Source: an uncultured Prevotellaceae bacterium
Lineage (GTDB): Bacteria > Bacteroidota > Bacteroidia > Bacteroidales > Muribaculaceae
DNA: 64,000 nt
Reading direction: 5' to 3'
Assembly (NCBI GenBank): GCA_905207705.1
Contig: CAJLMA010000001.1
Location: forward strand, 214,588 to 278,587
A program made the translations under genes and the position numbers. A model generated the notes under the pieces. The model worked only from the letters and a program-made list of their open reading frames with translations, was not told where the DNA came from and searched no databases. Below, piece after piece: positions 39,401 to 47,529 of this stretch (position 1 is the stretch's first letter; the number at the start of each line of letters is the position of its first letter).

Positions 39401-40853
39401 CCACGGCAAGCACTTCATCGGCGTTAAGAGCCGAACGCAACGATATATATCCCAACGATGCGTTTAATGTATATTCCGACGATTGTAGCAGACGCGCACT
39501 CTCCACTTTTTCATAATCGCGGCCACCTTCTATGCCATAAGCCGAAAGAGGCTGCAACGCAGTTGATACCTGGCTTATGTATCGGGCATCGGGATAATCG
39601 GTCTTTATTTCATTCAACAAGTTATTTGAATTGTTGGTGGGATTATCCATCGACATGTCAGGAATCCAGTGATCGCTTGCAAGCCTGCTGTTTTCTCCAA
39701 GGTCCATAAACGCAACGATGTTGCGCGACTCATCATAGTCCTTGCGTTTGTTAGTTACCCACACCTCGATGCGAGTAATGTTTATACCCGACGACACAAG
39801 CGGCAATCGGGCAGTAAATGAATCGTAATTGTCATAAAAGAACTGAGAAAGGAAAAAGTGGCGGTTCTCGTCATATTCGTCGCAATTTATTGTAAACGAC
39901 GTGGTCTGCACGCCTCCGTCGGTCTGCACGCTCTGCGTTTCTGAATTTTGCTGCGATACAAGGGCGGTAGCTGTCAATTTACCGAATTGCAACGTTGTCT
40001 TGACACCAAACAAAGCAGTGCTTCCCCTTATAAGGGTCGACCCGGTTGTCATGCTCACATTTCCGGCTTCTATCGACTTTATTATCTCATCCTCCTCTCC
40101 TTCATATTGCAATTTGAGGTTTTGCGAGTCAAAATCAAATGTTGCGTCGGTATTATAGTTCATGTTGAACTTCATCTTATTCCCGACCGAAGCATTGATT
40201 GTCGCCTGTATTTTTTGGTCGAAATCAAAATATGTGCTGCGACGGGCTGATACCGACAATGCAGGATTGTCAGTCTTATTCATTTTCATACCCATCGTCA
40301 CCTGCACCGATCCTTGCGTTTTCAATTGCACGCCGCCGGGACCAAATACCTTTTCAAGAGGCCCGAGAGCAAAATTCATGTCAAGGAAATTGAACGGGTC
40401 TTTCTTTTCTTGAGCAAGGTCAGCATTCTTCTGCCTGTAATATTCCTGCATCGACTGTCTGAGCACAAGATTATTATACTCGTCGGACGACAACATGAAC
40501 GGAGTGGCAATCTCTTTGTCGCCAAGTTTAGTCCTGATTATGTAGCATCCTGTTTCATAATCATACTCAGCCTCTGTGGTAATGTTCGACGGATTTTTAA
40601 GATCGGCCGAATAAATGTTATTTTCAAGTTCGTCATAAGAATCGGGTACAGTCGGACGCACGGCAAACGGTGTCACTATCGTATCGCTGGAAGATGCAGC
40701 CTGTCGATTCTCAGGAACCGGAGGCGGAGGCAGCAACTCGGAATTGCGATACTGGCCATAAGAATAGAAGCAGAACACTGAACACAACAACAGCATCCCG
40801 CCAATAGTAACAGCCAGCAATTTTGATTCACTACCTTTAAATCCGGTTTTCAT
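33411..40853 (-). CDS. sprA: Type IX secretion system translocon SprA (Sov)
   Basis: It is one 2480-aa ORF with a signal peptide, a long Asn/Thr/Tyr-rich beta-barrel character and a C-terminal aromatic-rich end. Its size and its position next to ruvA fit SprA/Sov in Bacteroidota. Confidence 0.88.
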   Translation of the reverse strand: MKTGFKGSESKLLAVTIGGMLLLCSVFCFYSYGQYRNSELLPPPPVPENRQAASSSDTIVTPFAVRPTVPDSYDELENNIYSADLKNPSNITTEAEYDYETGCYIIRTKLGDKEIATPFMLSSDEYNNLVLRQSMQEYYRQKNADLAQEKKDPFNFLDMNFALGPLEKVFGPGGVQLKTQGSVQVTMGMKMNKTDNPALSVSARRSTYFDFDQKIQATINASVGNKMKFNMNYNTDATFDFDSQNLKLQYEGEEDEIIKSIEAGNVSMTTGSTLIRGSTALFGVKTTLQFGKLTATALVSQQNSETQSVQTDGGVQTTSFTINCDEYDENRHFFLSQFFYDNYDSFTARLPLVSSGINITRIEVWVTNKRKDYDESRNIVAFMDLGENSRLASDHWIPDMSMDNPTNNSNNLLNEIKTDYPDARYISQVSTALQPLSAYGIEGGRDYEKVESARLLQSSEYTLNASLGYISLRSALNADEVLAVAYQYTYRGNTYQVGEFSGDISSTDQSLYVKMLKGATVSPKLPMWKLMMKNVYSLGAYQVQKENFKLNVKYLSDTTGTEISYIPEGNINGVPLIQVLNVDRLDSNNQTNPDGRFDYIEGYTILAATGKVIFPVAEPFGRHLRDKIGNDAIADKYVYQELYDSTLTVARQIQDKNKFTLTGEYQASSGAQIRLNAMNVPRGSVVVTAGGVTLTENSDYIVDYNMGIVTITNQSIIDAGTSINVSLENQSNFSMQRKTLLGLDLNYQFSKDFNLGATVMHYSEKPLTEKVAIGDEVVTNSIWGFNFAYNTDFMWLTNLLNKIPTVNATAPSSINLTGEFAQLVPHQKHTGSSEGSSYIDDFESTQTGIDLRSPYSWFLSATPYDSGENALFPEAGESNNINYGKNRALLAWYYIDRLFTQRNSSLAPGYIRNDLAQLSHPYVREVEYDELFPNRELNYGESSTLQTLNLAFYPSERGPYNLDATNIAPDGSLLNPEKRWGGIMRKLDNTNFESSNIEYIQFWMMSPFLDPENPNTEGGDLYFNLGEVSEDILKDGYKSYENGIPANGSDQYMLETVWGRVSTQTSLTYAFDNASGARTLQDVGLDGLSNDDEFSHESYAKFIEELRMRLPANVIAEMEQDQFSPLNDPASDNYHFYRGYDYDEQELSILERYKHYNGTEGNSLSSDEVADGLYQSARSVPDVEDINQDNTLNEYERYYQYRISIRPEDFVVGQNYITDKRETVVTTRDGNQTPVEWYQFKIPLSDYDKVVGSISDFSTIRFIRMFMTGFKNPTFLRFATLELVRGEWRTYDYNLNQRGDAPAEGSIDVSAVNIEENAGRTPVNYVLPPGVTRIVDPSQAQVTQLNEQSMSLEVRGLQAGDARAVYKNTSLDLRIYKRLQMHVHNEALVDDVTGLSDGDVSMFIRLGSDIKNNYYEYEIPLDLTPEGQYNGNSDTDRLAVWPERNRLDCELSVFTNLKKNRNAYKMAGMSGVSYNQEYSEYDSRNNRVTVKGNPSLSDVRVIMIGVRNNSPSTKDCIVWTDELRVTDFDNEGGWAAKGNMNLSISDIATINIGGHKETVGFGSVDQGLSQRNLEDYGQYNVAVQVDMGRFLPEKAKLTAPIYFSMTKEKTTPKYNPLDEDILLKDALDACATDAQRDSIESFAITRQTVKSFSVSGLRFDVQSKNPMPWDPANFTFSYSSNKQRNVDPDNEYENTSDYRGSLQYSYSPYIKPFKPFSGLKSKSKNVKFLKDWEFNWLPSSIEFYTNISRYYYEQQERNNTDSDIDLPVSVSKNFLWDRQFALNWNFTKSFNVSFNSNTTAHIEEPIGAVNKKLFPDKYKLWKDSIMQSIKDLGTPYSYNQSFVATYKAPFNSIPALNFMNASVTYNSTYDWERGTSVDGVESGHTVTNQSSWNIDGRLNLEQFYNKFKYLRDVNKRFSSTSRSSSASKRPKRFERTVMLKADTSVVLRHNLRTKKVKVSAVTSTGKRYAIKTRVVDANSIEILSRGTDNIKVTVLEDKSEKKNFWREAGQYATRFGMMVRNVSIRYKRTQSLMLPQFLPEIGDVFGQSTHYDMLAPGLDFAFGFIDENYVKKAKDRGWLLGDETQTTPALFSRAEEFSAEIGLEPIKGLKITLTTNRTDNRTNQIMFMYDDMTTTYSGSYTKTHCAIATALRGASADDGYASGAFNKFLENIPIVAQRIEARYRGATYPTTGFMKNHALAGQPYNSANGGVNAASSDVLIPAFVAAYSGQDPNKVTLDPFPGLGAMLPNWRVTYDGLGKMDALKKLFRSFTLTHAYQCTYSVGSFSSYSDWISIGEGLGFSKSELTQNPYPTSPYNISSVAITEKFAPLIGVSATMYNNVTFNAEYRDSRTLTLNSSAGQLVEASSKSLVIGGGYKIANFNSVLKIGKSQQGVSNDLTMNLDFTLSNNNALIRKIETNIAQATSGTRTLAINFTANYVLSKRLTLGAYFDHQVNTPLVSSTAYPTTNTNFGISVNLSLTR

Positions 40854-40919
40854 TTAATGTCTTTATTCACTAACTTTCTCGTCGCAAACGCGCACAACAT
40901 GAACCTTTATGCCACAATG

Positions 40920-41504
40920 TCACAACATTTTCAAAGCCTGCTTTATAGCCTCTTCCACTGTTATCGAGCTATTGGCAGTCAACAACTTGGCCAAAACTTT
41001 ATTTGAAACCGACTGTGAAAATCCAAGCATCACAAGCGCGGCCAAAGCCTCTTCGTAGACCTCGTTGTGCACGGGCATCTTTTCTATTAACGGCAAAGAA
41101 TCATTTTTTATTTTATCCTTAAGGTCAACAATTATTCTCTGGGCCGTTTTTGCTCCGATTCCCTTGACAGCCTTCAAAGAATTGACATTGCCCGAAGCTA
41201 TTGACGCACTCAAGTCTTCGGGCGTGATGGCCGACAACATCATACGAGCCATGCTCGGCCCTACACCAGACACACTTATCAGCAACAAAAACAACTCTCG
41301 CTCGCGCTTATCGCAGAATCCATACAACAGATGCGCATCTTCTCTTATGGATTCATAAATGTAAAGCGTGGCATTCTTATCGGCCTTTTGTAATTTTTCA
41401 TAGGTGTACAATGAAATATTAACCATATACCCGATGCCGTGATTGTCCATTATGGCATAAGCAGGGGTCAACTCAGCGAGTTCGCCTTTTATATAATCTA
41501 TCAT
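40920..41504 (-). CDS. ruvA: Holliday junction branch-migration protein RuvA
   Basis: It has an OB-fold N-terminus and the HhH motifs LISVSGVGPSMA and LKAVKGIGAKTAQRI. It is 194 aa. Confidence 0.9.
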   Translation of the reverse strand: MIDYIKGELAELTPAYAIMDNHGIGYMVNISLYTYEKLQKADKNATLYIYESIREDAHLLYGFCDKRERELFLLLISVSGVGPSMARMMLSAITPEDLSASIASGNVNSLKAVKGIGAKTAQRIIVDLKDKIKNDSLPLIEKMPVHNEVYEEALAALVMLGFSQSVSNKVLAKLLTANSSITVEEAIKQALKML

Positions 41505-41551
41505 TTTACCAACAAAAATATTCTATGTAATCCTATTTTATGCGAGATTTA

Positions 41552-42319
41552 TTATTCGCACAATTCCGACAACTTGTTTTCAAGCGTCGTGTTCGACAAT
41601 TTCAAGTGTAATGCACCTTTATAGGCCATTGAAATGTTTCCGGTCTCTTCCGATACCACTATTGCTATGGCATCGGTTGCCTGGGCAATTCCGAGTGCCG
41701 AGCGGTGTCGCAAACCGAGATTACGCGGGAGGTTGGTATCATGCGACACAGGCAAAATGCAGCCTGCCGACACGATTTTCTCTCCTGCTATTATCATTGC
41801 CCCGTCATGTAACGGACTATTCTTGAAAAATATGTTCTCAATGAGACGAGTGTTTATATTCGCGTCTATTATATCTCCCGAATGCTCATAATCGTCGAGC
41901 AACATACGTTGCTGAATGACAATCAACGCGCCTGTCTTTGACTTCGACATGTTCATGCAGGCATACACCACGGGCAAAATCCATTTCTTGCCATTATCGG
42001 CGGTGGCTGTGTGGTGCCTGCTGAACAAATGATTGATAAACGACCATCGCTTGTGTGAACCAAGCTCCACAAGGAAACGTTTTATCTGGTCCTGGAATAT
42101 TATGACAATGATTATAAGCCCTATGTTGACAAACATGTCCATGATGGTACCTATGAGACGCATGTCAAGAATCTCCGACATTACCACCCATGCCACAATA
42201 AAAGCCAATATGCCGAAAAATATGTTTATAGTTCCCGACTCTTTCATCAGCCGGTATATGTAAAACATCAATGTGGCAACCACGATGATGTCGATTGCAT
42301 CTTTTATACCAAAAGACAT
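41552..42319 (-). CDS. cdaA: Diadenylate cyclase (c-di-AMP synthase) CdaA
   Basis: Three N-terminal TM helices precede a DAC domain with DGA (LHDGAMII) and RHRSA (GLRHRSALG) motifs. Confidence 0.85.
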   Translation of the reverse strand: MSFGIKDAIDIIVVATLMFYIYRLMKESGTINIFFGILAFIVAWVVMSEILDMRLIGTIMDMFVNIGLIIIVIIFQDQIKRFLVELGSHKRWSFINHLFSRHHTATADNGKKWILPVVYACMNMSKSKTGALIVIQQRMLLDDYEHSGDIIDANINTRLIENIFFKNSPLHDGAMIIAGEKIVSAGCILPVSHDTNLPRNLGLRHRSALGIAQATDAIAIVVSEETGNISMAYKGALHLKLSNTTLENKLSELCE

Positions 42320-42358
42320 AGCGAAATTATGTTTATATGTTCCTCTTTATCAAAAATA

Positions 42359-43231
42359 TCATTTTGTCCATTGCCATCCTCCTGTAGTAGCGCCTACGAG
42401 CTTCACCGCTTCAACAGCCTCATGCACGTCATGCACTCGCAGTATATGTGCGCCATGCAGCAAGGCGATAGTATTCAATACCGTAGTACCGTTAAGCGCA
42501 TCGACAGGTTGCACGCCGAGTGTCTTGCATATCATCGACTTGCGCGACATGCCAATGAGCAATGGCAGTCCAAACGAGTGAAACTCTTCCAGTTTGTCGA
42601 GCATGGTAAAGTTTTGCTCAAGATTCTTGCTGAAACCAAATCCAGGATCAATGATAATGTCGCACACGCCCATCGACCTAAGTTCATCAACACGACGCCC
42701 AAGCTCAATCATCACACCGGCCAAAACTCCGTCAGCTCCATAATTGCATAGCGACATCATGTTCAATGGTGTTCCTCTCATGTGCATCAATATATAAGGG
42801 ACATGCAAGTCGGCCACCGTCTGAAACATCATGCTGTCCATGTTTCCTCCTGATATGTCGTTTATTATATGTACGCCCCACTCAAGCACGCATTTTCTTG
42901 CCACGTCTGCCCTGAATGTGTCAATTGACATGATAACATCTTGCGAAACTGCTTTTACTGCTTTTATTCCAACTTCAAGCCTTCTCAATTCCTCTGCGGC
43001 CGATATATCGGCCGCACCGGGACGAGACGAATACCCACCCACGTCAATGATATCGACACCATCGGCTATCATTTTCTCTATACGCTTCACAAGGATTTGA
43101 TTATCTGTTCCGCATCGACTTCCTTCATAAAACGAATCGGGAGTAACATTGAGGATTCCCATAACAAGAGGGCGATTTATATCCATGAGCTTCCCTCCGA
43201 CGTTCATGAAATAATTTTTGAACTTAGACAC
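42359..43231 (-). CDS. folP: Dihydropteroate synthase
   Basis: The pterin-binding motifs are GILNVTPDSF and DVGG. It is a 290-aa TIM barrel. Confidence 0.9.
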   Translation of the reverse strand: MSKFKNYFMNVGGKLMDINRPLVMGILNVTPDSFYEGSRCGTDNQILVKRIEKMIADGVDIIDVGGYSSRPGAADISAAEELRRLEVGIKAVKAVSQDVIMSIDTFRADVARKCVLEWGVHIINDISGGNMDSMMFQTVADLHVPYILMHMRGTPLNMMSLCNYGADGVLAGVMIELGRRVDELRSMGVCDIIIDPGFGFSKNLEQNFTMLDKLEEFHSFGLPLLIGMSRKSMICKTLGVQPVDALNGTTVLNTIALLHGAHILRVHDVHEAVEAVKLVGATTGGWQWTK

Positions 43232-43318
43232 TTTCTTAATTTTCCTAATGAAACATTATACTTATTATGCGAAATTACATCAAAGTCGGCACATAGCCAA
43301 GATGACAATTAAAATACT

Positions 43319-43609
43319 TCAATAAACAGGTATTTCCTCTATTTCCCTAACGGGGATTTGCTCAACTTTTTTCTTTTCCTTGCGTTTTTCATTAATGGTA
43401 GTATCTATCTGTGCCGAATCTATTTCAGCACGAAATCTGTCAAGTTCTTCCATCATCTCTTCCACTTCGACAGGAAGTGATTGATGTCGCGACACATAGT
43501 ATCTCACCACGGTAACCAATAAAATTAGGCACAGTACTGCCAACACCGCCACACGCTGTCCTCGAGGGATCCTAAGCCAAGCAGTTTTCTGTAAAAATTT
43601 CATTCTCAT
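43319..43609 (-). CDS. Small single-pass membrane protein with an acidic/basic C-terminal tail (hypothetical)
   Basis: It is 96 aa. There is a TM segment (VAVLAVLCLILLVTVV) and then a charged tail (EVEEMMEELDRFRAEIDS..KRKEKKKVEQ). Support is only the ORF and its position in a tight gene run. Confidence 0.4.
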   Translation of the reverse strand: MRMKFLQKTAWLRIPRGQRVAVLAVLCLILLVTVVRYYVSRHQSLPVEVEEMMEELDRFRAEIDSAQIDTTINEKRKEKKKVEQIPVREIEEIPVY

Positions 43610-43713
43610 TAAACTCCCGTAGCAGCTTTACTGCATATTGTATCTGTAATATAACTTTTTGATTACAAAAATAATGAATTAAAAGTTTTCCGGGATTAAG
43701 CGGCCAGTTTATT

Positions 43714-44220
43714 TTGGCGCATTTGACAAAAAACATTAATTTTGTTGACACTAATCCAATTATATCTATGTATAAATTACTATTGCGCATGCCTGCCGGA
43801 ATAATGTCAGTCGCGCTCACATTAGTTATCCTTTACTTATCGTTAGATCCTAATCCGGTGGATCAACCTTCATTTTTGTCATTTTACGGTGCCGACAAGA
43901 TTGTGCATTTTCTCATGTATTTTGCCCTTACAAGCGCATATTTGTTTGACTATGCAATTTTAAAATACCCACACCGCACAAGGGCAAACAAAGAACTCGC
44001 TTTAACCACAGTGACAATATTGCTGGGAGGCATTATAGAGGTTTTACAGCTATACATGGGATTAGGCCGAAGCATGAGCATGGGCGACTTCCTCGCCGAC
44101 ATTGCAGGTGCCATCGTGGGCTTGCTGTTCTTGAAATACTATGTGTATCGGAAAATACGCAATATCAAAATTTCTCGACATCACAGAAAGAGAAATATTC
44201 CTGCCTCTCAGGAGCAATAA
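43714..44220 (+). CDS. VanZ-like family membrane protein
   Basis: There are four TM helices with the VanZ-like spacing (GADKIVHFLMYFAL...GGIIEVLQ...DFLADIAGAIVG). The start may be the internal Met at MYKLLL. Confidence 0.65.
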   Translation: MAHLTKNINFVDTNPIISMYKLLLRMPAGIMSVALTLVILYLSLDPNPVDQPSFLSFYGADKIVHFLMYFALTSAYLFDYAILKYPHRTRANKELALTTVTILLGGIIEVLQLYMGLGRSMSMGDFLADIAGAIVGLLFLKYYVYRKIRNIKISRHHRKRNIPASQEQ

Positions 44221-44384
44221 TCGCACACTACATAAAAACAAAGCTGTAAAAAACACAATGAGACGGTGGGGCAAAGTTTTTCGTCGCTGTTAAACTTTCC
44301 TATTTTTATCCTCAGTTTCCTCAATATAAACCAATGACGGGAGACTGATGACAACACATCAATCAATTGTAATGCAAAAACACA

Positions 44385-47300
44385 TCAATACCATGTAATA
44401 CCATTGGACGAGCTGCTCCGTTTGTCATACTTGAGGTCGCTCAACAATGACGACTTGACCGCTATATGGAAATTATAAGATTTATACGGGCCTACAGGCA
44501 CAAAACTTGCGCTCATTGTGAAACAGTGCAAATCGCGAGAAATTGAACAGTTCATGTAAGCAATCTTTCCCGTGTCGAAATTATAGCTGGCCGAAAAATT
44601 GAACGACCAGTTCTTAGTGGGCCGCACGTTACCCGAAAAACTCAAATTTTGTGTAATGCGCCCCTTGTAATCCATCTTCTCGTAATCAAAATCACCATAT
44701 CCGTAGTTAACGGAGTAGTTGAATGTCAAACTCCACGGAAAATCCCATTTGGCATACCCGTCCGGATTCATTTCTACACCATTAGACGTTTCGCCTTCCG
44801 ACGAAGATGAAGAATCACCGTTATTATTGGCATACTGGTTTACAGCCTCGGGCTGTTCTTCTTTTGAATTATCCTTGTCCTTGTCTTCCTTTTTCTTAAA
44901 CGTCGAATTATTCAATGTATAAGAAAACGACGTTCCTGTACTCGACAACTTGGCAAGGCCTTTTCCGGCCTGTAAACGAGTCTTATTCACACGCCTCGGC
45001 GACCCATTTGCATCAAGCTGATAAGTATAAACATCCCATGTAGCCGACAGGTTCAGGTTGAAGTTCTTCATCAAACGTAACGACAACGATGTATTGATAT
45101 TGCTCCACCGCATCGAGTCGGCCGCAAAGTTATAAGACTGGCTGACTGTGAAATTCTCAATAAGCGACACTTTCTTGACTCCGGTACTGTCTTGGTCGCT
45201 TTTCACTTTCATTTCCACATTGTTGGAGAAAGAGAAGTTCACCGATCCTGTCTTTCCTTCACTCACGCTTCCAAACAAGCCGTGGGAAAAATATGAATAC
45301 TTGCGATTGACAAGTTCTCCCGTGTTAGGATTGGTATAGGCATAAGTACCATAATACCCCCAGAACGGAGAGCTAAAGTCGGGAGCATAGGTAAACGATA
45401 CCGACGGTGACAATACATGACGTATCATTTGCACTTTGTCGCCAAAGATTTTCCACGGTTTAAAAAATCCATATATCTTAGTATCGAATGAAACCGATGC
45501 ACTAAAGTCAAAAATATTGTAGAAATTATAAGTTGTGTCCATCACCTCGGCCGAAGCATTAGGATCCCACCTACGTTTTATTTTGCTCGTATACATTCGG
45601 TCGTTAAGGTTAACGCTCGGCGTTATGTTTATGTATTGCAGCGCGTTGAATGTAGCCGAAATAGGCACTGTATGCCTCATTCCGTTTCGCCAGTCCTTTA
45701 TGAGACTCTTCTTGAAAAATTCATTTTGTCCGGCCGTCAATGAATTTTGGAACAGACCGGTATATGACAATTTGATTTTCTCATACCACTTTTCTCCGCC
45801 AACCACTCGTTTGCGTTTGAATGGTGCAGTCTGCGACATGGTTATGGTTATATTAGGAAACGACACCGATAGCGTGGAGTCGGATGAACGCTGGGTAATA
45901 TTGGCAGTAGTCGACAAGCTCCACTTTGAATTGGGGAACTTATAAGTCATGTTGACCGTACTACTCTTGGTATTTTCTGTAAAAGAATTGTCGTAATAAC
46001 TATCGAGATCGTTACGGCTGTAACCGCTTGTTGCAAAGTTGACACTGGCCGAGAATGTCATGTTTGGATTGGCTTTGGCATCCTGAGTATGCGTCCACGC
46101 AATCTTGAAGTTGGTCTGCTTTGAATAATCGGCCGAACCTTTATCACCGGATATAGTAGTCAAATAACTTGCATTGAAGCTTCCTGAGAACTTATAACGC
46201 TTGATGTATGAAGACTGAGCCGAAATGCCCCACGAACCCTTAGTGTATATCTCTCCTGTCAAAGCAAGGTCGATGTTATCATTAATGGCAAAGTAATATC
46301 CACCATCGCGCAAATAAAATCCTCGGTTATAATCATCCCCAAATGTCGGCATGATTATACCTGACGAATATTCTTCACTGAATGGAAAAAAACCGAACGG
46401 GATGGCAAGCGGCAACGGCACATCGGCAAGCACCATGTAAGCAGGCCCGACAACAATGTCTTTCTTCGGCCTTACTTTCGCTTTAGTCAATTGAAGATAA
46501 AAGTGAGGGTGTTCATGATTGTCGCATGTGGTGTAACGTCCGCTCTGGATGTAATATTCGTCATTCTCCATCTTTTTAGTCTGACCACCTGTAAGGAATC
46601 CTTCACCCTGTTGTGTCACCACTTCGGTAATATATCCTTTTTTGCTCTTGAAGTTATAGCGCATGGTCTTAGACTCATATTCGCCACTCGGATCCTTGAA
46701 AACAGGCATTCCTTCAAGCTCGCCGGTACTGTCGGGACGACCTATCGCGTAAACTTCGCTGTTGTCCATGTTCATTTCTATCTGCATGGACTTCAAGTTT
46801 ATATCGCCATAATTAACTTCGCTTGAACCAAACATCTTGGCATTATTGCGCCCGTAAAACACAAGAGAGTCTTTTGCCGAGAATTGCACACTGTTGTCAA
46901 GATCCACCATTCGCTTCACAAATCGTTCTTTGACTGGCGGCAACGAGTCACGACGCAAGCTGTCCACGGCCAGTGAATCACGCTTGACGACTGAATCATT
47001 GGGCATGAAATACTTTTGAGTTATAGAATCGACAACTCCGAGCGAATCGATAAATGCCGAGTCGGCTCGAGCAATTATTTCGGCAATGCTGTCGGCCGAT
47101 AGCACATCAACCGAATCGGGAATTAATGCTTCCGTTTCGCTACCATCACTCTGCGACGCGGCAGCACGCCGCACCGTATTGCAAGCATGGCATATAAACG
47201 ACAGAATAAAAAATGCAATTATGTATTTGCCAATATTTTTCAACTTATAGCTTTGCGAAACGTTGTGCAAAAATACGAATTTACATCCATTATCGCACAA
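44385..47300 (-). CDS. LptD-like LPS-assembly outer-membrane protein (OstA family) with a low-complexity insert
   Basis: It has an N-terminal OstA-like beta-jellyroll, the RYTTC block, then FYLQL..VGPAYM..PFGFFPF (compare E. coli YLQLPV...GFLIP), and a long C-terminal barrel. It is 971 aa. A Ser/Asp/Lys-rich insert is present (KKKEDKDKDNSKEE...GDSSSSSEGETS). Confidence 0.6.
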   Translation of the reverse strand: MCDNGCKFVFLHNVSQSYKLKNIGKYIIAFFILSFICHACNTVRRAAASQSDGSETEALIPDSVDVLSADSIAEIIARADSAFIDSLGVVDSITQKYFMPNDSVVKRDSLAVDSLRRDSLPPVKERFVKRMVDLDNSVQFSAKDSLVFYGRNNAKMFGSSEVNYGDINLKSMQIEMNMDNSEVYAIGRPDSTGELEGMPVFKDPSGEYESKTMRYNFKSKKGYITEVVTQQGEGFLTGGQTKKMENDEYYIQSGRYTTCDNHEHPHFYLQLTKAKVRPKKDIVVGPAYMVLADVPLPLAIPFGFFPFSEEYSSGIIMPTFGDDYNRGFYLRDGGYYFAINDNIDLALTGEIYTKGSWGISAQSSYIKRYKFSGSFNASYLTTISGDKGSADYSKQTNFKIAWTHTQDAKANPNMTFSASVNFATSGYSRNDLDSYYDNSFTENTKSSTVNMTYKFPNSKWSLSTTANITQRSSDSTLSVSFPNITITMSQTAPFKRKRVVGGEKWYEKIKLSYTGLFQNSLTAGQNEFFKKSLIKDWRNGMRHTVPISATFNALQYINITPSVNLNDRMYTSKIKRRWDPNASAEVMDTTYNFYNIFDFSASVSFDTKIYGFFKPWKIFGDKVQMIRHVLSPSVSFTYAPDFSSPFWGYYGTYAYTNPNTGELVNRKYSYFSHGLFGSVSEGKTGSVNFSFSNNVEMKVKSDQDSTGVKKVSLIENFTVSQSYNFAADSMRWSNINTSLSLRLMKNFNLNLSATWDVYTYQLDANGSPRRVNKTRLQAGKGLAKLSSTGTSFSYTLNNSTFKKKEDKDKDNSKEEQPEAVNQYANNNGDSSSSSEGETSNGVEMNPDGYAKWDFPWSLTFNYSVNYGYGDFDYEKMDYKGRITQNLSFSGNVRPTKNWSFNFSASYNFDTGKIAYMNCSISRDLHCFTMSASFVPVGPYKSYNFHIAVKSSLLSDLKYDKRSSSSNGITWY

Positions 47301-47423
47301 TGTAGATAATAATTAATGTTATTTCAAACCTCAAACCGGTTTTCGGGCATACATGAAATTATTGGTTAATACCGATTTTCTGTTTCTGCCCATTCATAAT
47401 GCGCTAATTAAGCACAGATCGGC

Positions 47424-47463
47424 AAAAAAATCACCCGGCAGAAACATAAATCCTAACCGGGTG
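47424..47463 (-). terminator. Candidate terminator downstream of typA
   Basis: The 7-bp stem CACCCGG pairs with CCGGGTG across a large 18-nt loop. The A7 run on plus gives a U-run on minus. Confidence 0.3.
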
Positions 47464-47529
47464 CAAAAATATAAAATTATGAAACAAAGTCGAAATTCCT
47501 TTTAAATCTTTAACAGCAAAACGTACAAC

